Source of the DNA: Candidatus Hermodarchaeota archaeon
GTDB taxonomy: Archaea > Asgardarchaeota > Lokiarchaeia > Sigyniarchaeales > SOKP01
Assembly (NCBI GenBank): GCA_048885535.1
Contig: JBHLLO010000010.1
Coordinates: forward strand, 1-64,000
DNA: 64,000 bases
Direction: 5' to 3'
Position 1 is the first letter of the stretch, and every line of letters begins with the position of its first letter. Positions 1 to 9,648 of this stretch are shown in pieces. The notes below the pieces were generated by a model. That model did not search any database. It had not been told where the DNA came from and saw only the letters and a program-made list of their open reading frames with translations. The translations under genes were made by a program, and so were the position numbers.

Positions 1-232
1 TATAGGGTTTACACGAAAAGTGAATTAAGTTCAATTTTTAATTCAATTTATTATGCATATATTGATTCAAATAATAACAACTGCATTAAAAAGCAGTTTG
101 AGCAATTTAGTAAACTGCTTTCAGTTTAAATTATAAGAAAAAAATGAAAAAACCTAAATTCTATAATATCAAATTTTTATTTATAATTTCATTAAAAATC
201 AAATACAAAAAAAAAGATTTGAAGTGAAATCA

Positions 233-553
233 ATGGCAAAGAAAAAGAAAGTTCTTGAAGAACCTGACACAGATGATGTTCCCGATGGAAAAGTAGACAA
301 TGAAGGGGATGAAATAATCGATTTATATGATGAACAAGATAATTTAGAGGAAGATCTCGATTATGATTTATCTCAAATTGACGATGAGATGCTAGCTGAT
401 GAAACTGAAGATGAAGAATTTGGCTATGAAGTAAATGAAGTAGAAGCAATGTTAAGGAAGGTTAATTGCGATCCCTGTTCTGGAAGCTCTAGCAAACGAA
501 CCTGTAAAGTGCGCGATGATTTTGGATGTCCTCCTGATAAAGCAAAAAAATAA
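233..553 (+). CDS. Highly acidic small protein with C-terminal Cys4 motif
   Basis: D/E-rich core followed by CDPC-x9-C-x7-CP; ATG at 233 preferred over GTG at 224. Confidence 0.75.
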   Translation: MAKKKKVLEEPDTDDVPDGKVDNEGDEIIDLYDEQDNLEEDLDYDLSQIDDEMLADETEDEEFGYEVNEVEAMLRKVNCDPCSGSSSKRTCKVRDDFGCPPDKAKK

Positions 554-632
554 AAAAATGATTTATTTCTGCTATATTTTATTTTTTACCTTTTATTTTT
601 TTAATCATATAGATCATAATGAGGATTAATCT

Positions 633-1640
633 TTGTTATCTAAAAACCAAAAAAGGATTTTAGTAGTATATTTTGGGGTTATTATTAGTACTCTCATTTG
701 GAATATAAATCAAAATGTTTTTAATAATCCTTTCTGGCCATGCTTTATCTTATCATCTACTACTTTTTTAATTATTTATACCCCCTTTGAAATTTATTTT
801 AGTTTTAAAGACATCTGGTTTGATAGGTGGACTAAAATTCATTCGGAAGAATTAAACTTAAAGAAAGTAAGAATCGAATTAAAAGAACAGAAAAGGAAAA
901 AATCTAAACGAATTATAGCCCTGTTAATAACTCCGAACAAAGAAAATACCATTGTTTCGAGAGATACAATAATTGTTATATGTCATGGTTTTTCTGATAC
1001 TAAAGAAACACTCCAGTTCTATTACATCCCGTTAATCCTTCAAGGCTTTACTATATTAGCATATGATTCTCGAGGAACTGGTGAATCAAAAAAAGCTGGA
1101 AGAAGGAACCAGTTTTTAAAACGAGTTAAAGATTTTAAAGAAGTTATCAACTGGGTTAAAAATAATGAGGATTTGAAAAATAAAAAAATCTTTTCTGTTG
1201 GTTTTAGTATAGGAGCTCTTACAGTTTTATGTGGAGGTTTTCCAGATAATAACATAGAAAAAATAGTGGCAGTATCCTCTATATCAAATTATAAGAAAAA
1301 CTTACCCAAATTTAATCCGATTGTTTTAATTCGGTACTTTTTTAAAGGTGTCAAACTTTTCGTGAGTAAAAATGAAAATGAATTACTTTCTCCATTTTTC
1401 GTTATTAATAAATTAAAACATTCTCTTCCTAATGAAGAGTGGGATAAACTATCGAACAGAGTTTTATTGATTCATTGTAGGAATGATAAAATAATAAAGT
1501 TTAGAAACTTTGAGGAAATTAGTAATCTATTGAACCTCAGAGAAGAAAATAAATTAATTCTTAAAAAAGGGGGACATTCTAATAAGAAAAATGAACTGAT
1601 TTTAATAAGTGCCTCTTTGAAATTTTTTAACACTCCGTAA
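633..1640 (+). CDS. Membrane-anchored alpha/beta hydrolase
   Basis: Two N-terminal hydrophobic segments, HGF oxyanion motif, YDSRGTGES, nucleophile elbow GFSIG, D and H (GGHS) of the triad. Confidence 0.85.
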   Translation: MLSKNQKRILVVYFGVIISTLIWNINQNVFNNPFWPCFILSSTTFLIIYTPFEIYFSFKDIWFDRWTKIHSEELNLKKVRIELKEQKRKKSKRIIALLITPNKENTIVSRDTIIVICHGFSDTKETLQFYYIPLILQGFTILAYDSRGTGESKKAGRRNQFLKRVKDFKEVINWVKNNEDLKNKKIFSVGFSIGALTVLCGGFPDNNIEKIVAVSSISNYKKNLPKFNPIVLIRYFFKGVKLFVSKNENELLSPFFVINKLKHSLPNEEWDKLSNRVLLIHCRNDKIIKFRNFEEISNLLNLREENKLILKKGGHSNKKNELILISASLKFFNTP

Positions 1641-1706
1641 GCATAACCATAAGTGTCCTTTAAATAAATTATATTTAATAATAGGATAAAACTAAGTTTT
1701 GGTTAG

Positions 1707-1898
1707 ATGATAATCTGTAATTTATGTAGCAAAGAAATCTTAGTCAAAGAATTGAAAAATTCATTTCAAATTACTTTAGGAAATGCTATAAATGGAAAGT
1801 TTAGCGGACAAAAAATGTTCTTTTACCACTTAGAGTGTTTGATGGGAAATCAGAAGTCAGAAAAACAATTAAAGACGAAAATTTCTGAATTAAACTAA
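1707..1898 (+). CDS. Small zinc-finger protein
   Basis: 63 aa with CxxC (CNLC) and HxxC (HLEC); 3' end overlaps the convergent ATP-grasp gene by 9 bp. Confidence 0.65.
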   Translation: MIICNLCSKEILVKELKNSFQITLGNAINGKFSGQKMFFYHLECLMGNQKSEKQLKTKISELN

Positions 1899-3329
1899 AA
1901 TTTCATCCCATTTGGAGTAATTTACAATTTTTTTATAATTTTGTACAATATTCTTAAATAAAACACAACCAATACAAAACAAATTTACGAAATCTTCAAA
2001 TGACAAATTTAAAATATCACAACTTAACTTTGAAAATCCTATTCCTCTTTCGACTTCTATTTGACCATTATAACCAGAAAGATTGACTACAAACTCTTCC
2101 TTATTCAATCCATTTACAAAATAATTTCTTGATATTCGAGCTAATCCACCAATAGGAACAACTATACTATCGCATTGAGCCAAATATATTCGAATGTCAA
2201 ACGTATGTTGTTCTCCTTTCCAATTTATCAATGAAAAGTTAGCTTTCTCTTGTAATGTGTATGGAAATGGATCACGAGAGAAGTCGAATTTAGTATAAAA
2301 TTCTCTTTTACTTTCTTCTATTATTTTTCTAATATTAGAAGAATCCTCATCTTTTAATATTGGCATGACACCAGCTCCTCCTGATCCACCACTAGGTTTA
2401 ATAATAACTGTCCTTTTAAATTTATTTTTAAATTTTTCAACTTTTTTTATAAGCTCTTTTTCAGAGTAAGCTTTAGTAAATAACAAATACTTTAATTTAT
2501 ATTTTTCCAGCTCCTCTTTACTAAAATAACTCGATAAATAAGTTAGTGATTTATCATCTGTAATCATAAAAATGGGGTTAATTATAATAGTGTTTAAAAT
2601 TCTAAAATCTCTTTTTATTATGTCAATAAAATTTTTGGAACTTAAGCGTCTTGCAATTCCGTCGCCTATTAATACATTAACCTTTTCTCCATTAAACACA
2701 ATCCAATTGTTAGAAAATGAAATAGAAAAAGATAATTGTTTATAATCTGCAATCACAAAGATAAATTCTGCTTTAAATTCTTTATCAAAATTATCAATAT
2801 TAAATATTTTAACAGAGTGTTTTTCCATCTTTAATTTTTTTCTTAAATATTCAATCATAATAACTTTTTCATGTATCAGACCGTCATTTTCGGGAAATCC
2901 TACTAAAATCAATACTTTTTTATCTTCTTTTTTGTTATTACTGAATGCTTGATAAATCGCTTTGAGATATCCGTTATAGAGGATGGTTTGTTGTTTCTTT
3001 GAAAGAATAGAAGTACCTCGATGTGAACCACCATTGGTCTCTAATAAGAAAAATCTATTTCCATCACGTTCTTGTGAAACCATAAAATCTATACTTCCAG
3101 CATAGAAATAGTCAGTATGTTTTAGGTAATTATCATTATCTTTCCGCATTCTCTTTAATGCTACTTCTCTAACCTGATCAACAAAATCATCATCCTGAGA
3201 AGCTCTTAGATTTGCAAATGAAACCAAATCTAACCCTAATGATTTTCCTAACTCAATTAACTCCAAATCTGATTCAGAAATGTTTTTTGACATCAAATTT
3301 AAAAATTTTGCTGTTAAATTCTCACCCAA
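1890..3329 (-). CDS. Circularly permuted ATP-grasp ligase
   Basis: N-terminal GSIDF...FFLLETN metal-binding motif precedes IIKPSGGSGGAG, LQE, FDIRIY, GGLARI and VVNLS. Confidence 0.8.
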   Translation of the reverse strand: MGENLTAKFLNLMSKNISESDLELIELGKSLGLDLVSFANLRASQDDDFVDQVREVALKRMRKDNDNYLKHTDYFYAGSIDFMVSQERDGNRFFLLETNGGSHRGTSILSKKQQTILYNGYLKAIYQAFSNNKKEDKKVLILVGFPENDGLIHEKVIMIEYLRKKLKMEKHSVKIFNIDNFDKEFKAEFIFVIADYKQLSFSISFSNNWIVFNGEKVNVLIGDGIARRLSSKNFIDIIKRDFRILNTIIINPIFMITDDKSLTYLSSYFSKEELEKYKLKYLLFTKAYSEKELIKKVEKFKNKFKRTVIIKPSGGSGGAGVMPILKDEDSSNIRKIIEESKREFYTKFDFSRDPFPYTLQEKANFSLINWKGEQHTFDIRIYLAQCDSIVVPIGGLARISRNYFVNGLNKEEFVVNLSGYNGQIEVERGIGFSKLSCDILNLSFEDFVNLFCIGCVLFKNIVQNYKKIVNYSKWDEILV

Positions 3330-3408
3330 AGTGTTCCCTCATAAATAAAATTCATGTGAGTATATAGTCTTTAAAAAATAAATCTGAAAATCTACCTTAA
3401 AAATATTA

Positions 3409-4614
3409 TCATAAATACAAATATCCTTGATGGTTTCCCTTCGTTGATAATCTTAAACTGCCAAGTAAGATCTTTTTAATTTGGGTTTGTTCTTTGAAAT
3501 TTAAATCCGAAAATAAAAGGATATAATCCTTCTCTAAATTAATTACAAACAACAACCCGATTTTAATAAGCTTCGAATTCTTAGTCATCAAAGATATAAT
3601 CACATAATGGTAAGGTAAGTTTATTAAATCTTTCAGATTTATTTCTATTTCAACAATTTTATTAGTTTCCTTATCATAATCGTTTTTTACGAATTTAATA
3701 TCATTTAAAGGGATAGAAATTTTTCTAAAATCTTCTAGAATCTTAGCAAACTGACTTTGCCTTAAAAATCTTCTTTCTTCTTTATCTTTTTCGTAAAAAT
3801 ATTTATTAACTTCCCTTAAGAAAAATATTTTCCTACTTTTTGATTTCGAGGCGTTTTTTTCAATTTCCTTTAACTCTTCAATGCTATCATCATGAAAAAT
3901 TATTAGGATATCAGGGTTTATGGTATCAATAAAGAAGTTTTTATATATAATACCTGCTTCTGTTTTAATCCAACCGTCACTGTCAATAAGAATGAAGTTT
4001 GAATCTTTATGTCTCTTAATATAATTGTCAATTAAAGATTTGCATGAATGAGATACAATAAATTTAAAGTTAGATTTCGGAAAGGTACTACCAATAAAAA
4101 CCGTTTCTTCTGTATCAATATCTGCGCTTGATATGATATAGTCCTTAATTTTGCCTATATTTAAAGTTGTTGGCAAATAAATAATCTGTTGCCCCAAATC
4201 AGAATCAAGATATCCACCGATTAATCCCTCTTTAAGCAAATTATTAGCAAGGTACTTTATTAAGGTTGTTTTACCGCTACTTATTCCTAAAACCATTACT
4301 TTAAGAGGTTTACCTGTTTGATTCTTTTTAATTTCATTAATAACATCATCTTTTACGCTGAACCATTCCTTACTAATTGTATTTTCTTCTATAACATCGA
4401 TATTATCTTCATTTGCAGTATAAATTTCAAATTTAGAAGGTTCTAACGTATAGATTGGATATTTTGAAGCGCTTGGTACAATTAAAGTAGTTTCTGCACC
4501 AGATTTTGAATGTGAAAAAATTTTGCCAAAAACTTCAACTTTTCCTTCAAGGAGATTAATTCTTGCAGGACCTTTTATTAAAAGAGTATGATTTTTATCT
4601 ACATTTTTAATCAT
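3409..4614 (-). CDS. Clp1/Nol9/Grc3 family polynucleotide 5'-kinase
   Basis: N-terminal LIKGPARINLLEGKVEVFG, P-loop-like GISSGKTT, DSDLGQ, IDSDGW, ERRFLR lid. Confidence 0.85.
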   Translation of the reverse strand: MIKNVDKNHTLLIKGPARINLLEGKVEVFGKIFSHSKSGAETTLIVPSASKYPIYTLEPSKFEIYTANEDNIDVIEENTISKEWFSVKDDVINEIKKNQTGKPLKVMVLGISSGKTTLIKYLANNLLKEGLIGGYLDSDLGQQIIYLPTTLNIGKIKDYIISSADIDTEETVFIGSTFPKSNFKFIVSHSCKSLIDNYIKRHKDSNFILIDSDGWIKTEAGIIYKNFFIDTINPDILIIFHDDSIEELKEIEKNASKSKSRKIFFLREVNKYFYEKDKEERRFLRQSQFAKILEDFRKISIPLNDIKFVKNDYDKETNKIVEIEINLKDLINLPYHYVIISLMTKNSKLIKIGLLFVINLEKDYILLFSDLNFKEQTQIKKILLGSLRLSTKGNHQGYLYL

Positions 4615-4759
4615 AAAACACTCATTTCATCATGTTAAAATAAAATTTTTTTGGTGTCTGTTGATACTATTTAATTAAAGAAATATTTTTTTTTCACATT
4701 TATTATTTATATTGAACTATTTCCTTTAATTTTTGAAAGTTTTTTAATTTGATCTAATT

Positions 4760-5518
4760 TCAAATATCTCTGATAAAATTTATTATTTCAGAAACAATTA
4801 ATTTATGATCTGGACTTTCAAGAATTGAATGATCATTATTTTCTAACCATATTCTTCTCTTCAGATTTGAACCAATATTTTCAAAAATATAATTCATACT
4901 TTCAGTTATTATAGTTGAATCTAAGCGTCCTTGAAGTAATAATGCCGGACATCTTATAATAGGCAAGTTTTTTTTCATTTCTTTAATAAGTTTCTTCATT
5001 TTAGTTGCTTGGTTTAGTGGTATCTTATCATAACCAACCCATTTTCCATTTGTCTCTTTTTTAAATTTTTCAATGGGAATATGGTGATATCTTATAAACA
5101 ATTTAATAAATGGTACTAACTTTGCTAAAAAGGGTTTAATACCTACTGGAGCACTTATTGTAAAAACACCATTCAAATTATGTTTACTGGCTAAAATTAA
5201 TGATAGGACACCCCCCATAGAATGACCTCCAATAATTAGCTTATCACACTTTGAATTAAGCAATTTTATTTCCTCATTCAACGCAATTTTCCAAGCTTCA
5301 ATTGGAGTATTCTTTAAATCTTGGGGAGAAGTACCAAATCCAGGAAGTAGCGGAATTTTAATTGTACAGCCATTATACCTATAAATATCTTCAGCAATAT
5401 ATTTCAGATCTGCACATGTTCCACCACCACCACCAGGAATCATTAATATCCCTATAGAATTACCTTGAAAATAAAAAGGACCCGCTCCCTGTAAGGTTTT
5501 TTTAGTTAATCTATTCAT
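4760..5518 (-). CDS. Carboxylesterase (alpha/beta hydrolase)
   Basis: PLLPGFGT, GHSMGG, QGRLD, catalytic His near C terminus. Confidence 0.85.
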   Translation of the reverse strand: MNRLTKKTLQGAGPFYFQGNSIGILMIPGGGGGTCADLKYIAEDIYRYNGCTIKIPLLPGFGTSPQDLKNTPIEAWKIALNEEIKLLNSKCDKLIIGGHSMGGVLSLILASKHNLNGVFTISAPVGIKPFLAKLVPFIKLFIRYHHIPIEKFKKETNGKWVGYDKIPLNQATKMKKLIKEMKKNLPIIRCPALLLQGRLDSTIITESMNYIFENIGSNLKRRIWLENNDHSILESPDHKLIVSEIINFIRDI

Positions 5519-5554
5519 TCTAAATCATATAATTAACTCATGAAATAAAAAAAA

Positions 5555-6091
5555 TTACCTTTTCATTGATTTATAGCAGGGTATACACATTTTCGATCCT
5601 TGATAATCAATTAGACGAGAACTCATTGTTAGTTCATTACAAACTTCGCAAGGATCGGATTCTTCTATTTGAGCTTTTCCAGGAGGGTTAAATTCTACTT
5701 CGCTTATATTAAATACTTCTTCGGGACGAGATGACAATAATTTCTTTATTTTCTCATCACGAGATATTTTCTTATTTTCAAAAATAGAGCTTTTTAATGC
5801 TAATCTGATTGCTGTTTTTGATTTACGATTATATATAGTGTAATTATTCTTTCCATAATCTAAGTGTATTAAATTTCCCTTTCCATATGTTGTCCCTAAT
5901 AATGCCTGAATAGCATCTACACTACAATTATCATTTTCTACAACTGCTACTAACTCCTCGTCCGCAGAAGGTTTAAAATCATTGTCTAAACTGTATTTTG
6001 CGACTAATACACCAAGAGCTACACCAGGACATATATGGCCATGAAATATTGTAGCTTTTTTCATTAATTCTTGAACATCCAAATAAATCAC
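5555..6091 (-). CDS. fmdE: FmdE/FwdE family protein with C-terminal zinc finger
   Basis: FHGHICPG, CSVDAIQ, TYGKGNL, terminal CxxC...CxxC. Confidence 0.9.
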   Translation of the reverse strand: MIYLDVQELMKKATIFHGHICPGVALGVLVAKYSLDNDFKPSADEELVAVVENDNCSVDAIQALLGTTYGKGNLIHLDYGKNNYTIYNRKSKTAIRLALKSSIFENKKISRDEKIKKLLSSRPEEVFNISEVEFNPPGKAQIEESDPCEVCNELTMSSRLIDYQGSKMCIPCYKSMKR

Positions 6092-6164
6092 AAAGAGTAA
6101 TTTGTATTTATAAAAATTTCATTTATATTATTTATTAGATGATATTTATATATTTTTTATAGAT

Positions 6165-6689
6165 ATGAAATTTTCCGATGAAAAGAATTGTGATTATAAA
6201 TTCTTAGTAGACGCTATGCTGGGTAAATTAGCCCGCTTTTTAAGAATTTTTGGGTATGATACAATTTACGCAAATGATTTAGAAAATCATTTCAAAATTG
6301 ATCCTGTTCCCGATGAACATCTAAAAAAATACGCTGAAGAGAATAATCGCATTATCATCACTAAAGATCATCATTTTTATCATAAAACAAAATACAAAAG
6401 TGTGTATGTAGAAGGAGAAGGTATTTATAATTACCTAAATCAACTTAAAAAAAAGTTAGATTTACATTATGAATTTGACTTAAATAAAGCCAGATGCTCT
6501 AAATGTAATTCTCAATTACAAAAAGTTAGTGATAAAAATTCAATAAAAGAATTTGTCTTAACAGAAACTTATAGGAGTTATGATGAATTCTATCAATGTA
6601 CTTCTTTAGATTGCAAAAAAGTATTTTGGAATGGGCCCCATATTTTACACATAACTAATAACTTGAAGAAAAAATTAAATACTAAATAA
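6165..6689 (+). CDS. Mut7-C (PIN-like) RNase domain protein
   Basis: FLVDAMLGKLARFLRIFGYD, RIIITKD, RCSKCN, C-x4-C, FWNGPH. Confidence 0.9.
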   Translation: MKFSDEKNCDYKFLVDAMLGKLARFLRIFGYDTIYANDLENHFKIDPVPDEHLKKYAEENNRIIITKDHHFYHKTKYKSVYVEGEGIYNYLNQLKKKLDLHYEFDLNKARCSKCNSQLQKVSDKNSIKEFVLTETYRSYDEFYQCTSLDCKKVFWNGPHILHITNNLKKKLNTK

Positions 6690-6920
6690 TTATTCGCTTT
6701 TAAAATAAGTTTGCTTTATTTGCTGAAACTTTTTCTTGGTGTCTTCAGCTTCTTCTATACAATTACCCTTTATATACATATTATATGCTTGGTTTAATAA
6801 CTCAAGGGTCTTTTTATATTCTTTATTCTTAAAATGATTTTCAGAAAGCTCTACTAAATAATCTCCTTTTTTCTTATAAAATGCCATAAAATCTTTAGAA
6901 GTATCAATTTTTTTATCCAT
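6690..6920 (-). CDS. Small helical (TPR-like) hypothetical protein
   Basis: 76-aa ORF filling the gap between two genes; helix-pair pattern EYKKTLELLNQAYNMY. Confidence 0.6.
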   Translation of the reverse strand: MDKKIDTSKDFMAFYKKKGDYLVELSENHFKNKEYKKTLELLNQAYNMYIKGNCIEEAEDTKKKFQQIKQTYFKSE

Positions 6921-7003
6921 GTGATTTATCTCTTGAAAATTTTCTAGGAATATATTATAATGTATGTTCTTGATAATAATAAAAGTAACGAAATTTCTTA
7001 TAA

Positions 7004-8428
7004 CTATATTTTTTCTGCTTTCTCCCTAAAATCCTTCATATTAATCACTTTATTTTTTAGACGGGATTCTTCAGCAGCAAAAGCCATCAAATGACTTTCT
7101 AAGGATGCGCGAGCATTAGTTAAAGGTTGTCTTTTTTTCTTTTTTATGAGTGATTTGATAAAATCATCAATTAATTTTGGATTAGCTCCACTATTTTCTT
7201 CGGATTTTAGGGCTAACTTTTTTTGATGAATAATTTTTTCCTTTCCAGACAAAAAATCATATAGCTTGATTAACTCTCCTGACTCATGAAATTCTCCTAT
7301 TATTGTTGCTTGAGTCCCATCTATCCTAATTACGCGTCCTTCTTGTTCACTGAAGCCATTCATTGTCAAATTAGCAGTTACTCCCTTTTTAAATTCGATA
7401 TTCACAATTTGATGGTCCACAACATCATTATTACACTGATATACACAGCGACCATAAGGACTATTTTTCAGTATTTCAGTTTTTGATTCATCGGAATAAT
7501 CTTCTTTCTGATCTTCATACAAGTAATAGATCGGAAAATCCCTCCAGTATCTCAATCTTTTTAAAGGAGTTATAAACTTTGATAAATAAGTGAGTAGTTT
7601 TACATGATTCTTTCTTAGTTTTGCCAATATTTTTAGGAACTTATTATTACTTTTCAGCATAATCTGCAGTATTGGAATGACATCTATATATATCCTTGGA
7701 GCATAATATAAGCAAGTACTTTTTGCAGGGCAACCATTTAAACAATATTCTGGAGCTCCCTCGGGTGCATTCTCTTGTCTAAAATGTAACAAATTACCAA
7801 AGGATTGTATTTTTATTGGAACATCATCAGTAAGCCAATAGAGAAGATCTAAATCATGGCAACACTTAGCTAAGATCATAGGTGAAGAATCTGCGGATCT
7901 TGCCCATGGCCCTCTCACATAACTATGTGCTGTATGGTACCACATAATATTCTCTCTATGTGTTATATTAACAATATCTCCTATGCAACCTTCACGAATT
8001 AATCTGTAAATCTTAGAAAAAAAATCAGTATATCTTAATACATGCCCGATCCCTAAAATTCTACCTGTTTCTTCAACTTTTTTAACTATTTGGACACAAT
8101 CCTCCAATTTATGAGCCATTGGCTTTTCTAAGAGTATATCGTATCCCTTCTCAAGAGCTTTTATAGTAGGTTGAGTATGCATTTGATCCTGAGTACAAAT
8201 AAAAGCCACATCAGCAAGCTTATCTTTCTCTAATAAGCTCTTCCAGGACTTATAACAATTTTCCTTCGAAATCTCATGAAGTAAGGCAAATTTTTTACGC
8301 CTAGATTCTATAGGTTCAGCAACAGCCACAAATTTTAACTTGTTTTTGTTTTTTAGGGCATAATCTCCATAAATTTCGACTCCTCGCCTACCAGCTCCAA
8401 TCAATACAGCAGTTATGGGGGTTCCCAT
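7004..8428 (-). CDS. Gfo/Idh/MocA family oxidoreductase
   Basis: LIGAGRRG Rossmann motif, LLEKPMA, LAKCCHDLD, PYGRCVY; ATG at 8428 preferred over TTG at 8437. Confidence 0.9.
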   Translation of the reverse strand: MGTPITAVLIGAGRRGVEIYGDYALKNKNKLKFVAVAEPIESRRKKFALLHEISKENCYKSWKSLLEKDKLADVAFICTQDQMHTQPTIKALEKGYDILLEKPMAHKLEDCVQIVKKVEETGRILGIGHVLRYTDFFSKIYRLIREGCIGDIVNITHRENIMWYHTAHSYVRGPWARSADSSPMILAKCCHDLDLLYWLTDDVPIKIQSFGNLLHFRQENAPEGAPEYCLNGCPAKSTCLYYAPRIYIDVIPILQIMLKSNNKFLKILAKLRKNHVKLLTYLSKFITPLKRLRYWRDFPIYYLYEDQKEDYSDESKTEILKNSPYGRCVYQCNNDVVDHQIVNIEFKKGVTANLTMNGFSEQEGRVIRIDGTQATIIGEFHESGELIKLYDFLSGKEKIIHQKKLALKSEENSGANPKLIDDFIKSLIKKKKRQPLTNARASLESHLMAFAAEESRLKNKVINMKDFREKAEKI

Positions 8429-8449
8429 ATATTTCAAACCTATTTATAA

Positions 8450-9553
8450 TTATAGTATTGAAGGTATCTTTCCTTCTACTAATAAATAATCTAATAAAAC
8501 AATAGCAGTCATTGCTTCAATGACTACAATAATACGAGGTACAATACAAGGATCATGTCTTCCTTCTATTTGGATTATCTCTTCCTCCATTGTTTTAATA
8601 TTTATGGTTTTTTGGGGTAGTTTAATTGAAGGAGTGGGTTTTACTGCTACTGTAAATTCTATAGGCATGCCTATTGAAATACCTCCTATTATACCTCCCG
8701 AATCATTTTTTTCCGTTAAGATCTTACCATTTTGAAGAATCCAAGGATCATTATGCTCAGATCCTTTCATCTGAGCAGCGTTAAAACCTGCTCCAAATTC
8801 TATCCCCTTTATAGCAGGAATTGCAAAAATGGCTTTACTAAGATTAGATTCAATGCTATTAAAAATTGGACCTCCAATACCAGGTGGGAAATTGATGGCA
8901 ACACATTTAACTAATCCACCCACTGAATTTCCCTCATTTTTCACTTTTTCGATTTCGTCAACCATATCTTTAGATAAACCAGTATTTAATGCTTTAACAA
9001 GTGAACTCTCTCTGATTCTAAAAAGATTCTCATAATCCTTAAACTCATAATTTATCTCATCTACAATTGATCCTATTCCTTTTGTGTATGCGAATATCAT
9101 TATATTATATCTCATTAAAACTTGTTTTGCTAATGCTCCCGCCATAACGAAACTAGCTGAAACTCTTCCAGAAAAATGTCCAGATCCTCTATAGTCTGCG
9201 AAGCCGCCAAATTTTTTAAAGGAAGAAAAATCAGTTTGAGATGGTCTCAGTAAATTTTTGATTTTTTCATATTGTGAAGAATCTCTATCCTTATTTTCAA
9301 TAATAAGACATACGGGGGCTCCAGTTGTTTTGTTGTTGAAAATTCCTGACAATACAATTGCCTTATCTGGTTCTTTTCTGGATGACGTTAAATAGGAGAG
9401 TCCAGGCTTCCTTAAGTCTAATTCTTTTTGAATTGAACTTAGATTAAAATCTAAACCTGCTGGAATACCATCAACTATAACTCCTATTACTTCCCCATGG
9501 CTTTCTCCAAAAGTAGTCACTTTTAAAACATTACCAAACGTATTATCTCCCAT
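8450..9553 (-). CDS. aroC: Chorismate synthase
   Basis: TTFGESHG, RKEPD, SIPAIKGIEFG-like segment, KPTPSI, GRHDPC; start uncertain (9553 or 9562). Confidence 0.95.
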   Translation of the reverse strand: MGDNTFGNVLKVTTFGESHGEVIGVIVDGIPAGLDFNLSSIQKELDLRKPGLSYLTSSRKEPDKAIVLSGIFNNKTTGAPVCLIIENKDRDSSQYEKIKNLLRPSQTDFSSFKKFGGFADYRGSGHFSGRVSASFVMAGALAKQVLMRYNIMIFAYTKGIGSIVDEINYEFKDYENLFRIRESSLVKALNTGLSKDMVDEIEKVKNEGNSVGGLVKCVAINFPPGIGGPIFNSIESNLSKAIFAIPAIKGIEFGAGFNAAQMKGSEHNDPWILQNGKILTEKNDSGGIIGGISIGMPIEFTVAVKPTPSIKLPQKTINIKTMEEEIIQIEGRHDPCIVPRIIVVIEAMTAIVLLDYLLVEGKIPSIL

Positions 9554-9648
9554 TATTAACACTTTTAAGAAAGATTGTTTAAATTAATATTATATCCTTA
9601 ATTTTCTTAATTTTTTATTCAAATAATATTGTGTTAGTTAACATAAAA

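Noticed and set aside
192-449. His/Leu-rich minus-strand ORF
   Set aside because: Antisense shadow of the Asp/Glu codons of the acidic protein
3409-3420. HbYX-like C terminus (LYL) on Clp1
   Set aside because: A three-residue match is probably chance; no link to the proteasome
6165-6920. Mut7-C RNase plus 76-aa neighbour as a toxin-antitoxin pair
   Set aside because: The genes are convergent, not operonic, and Mut7-C is commonly stand-alone in archaea
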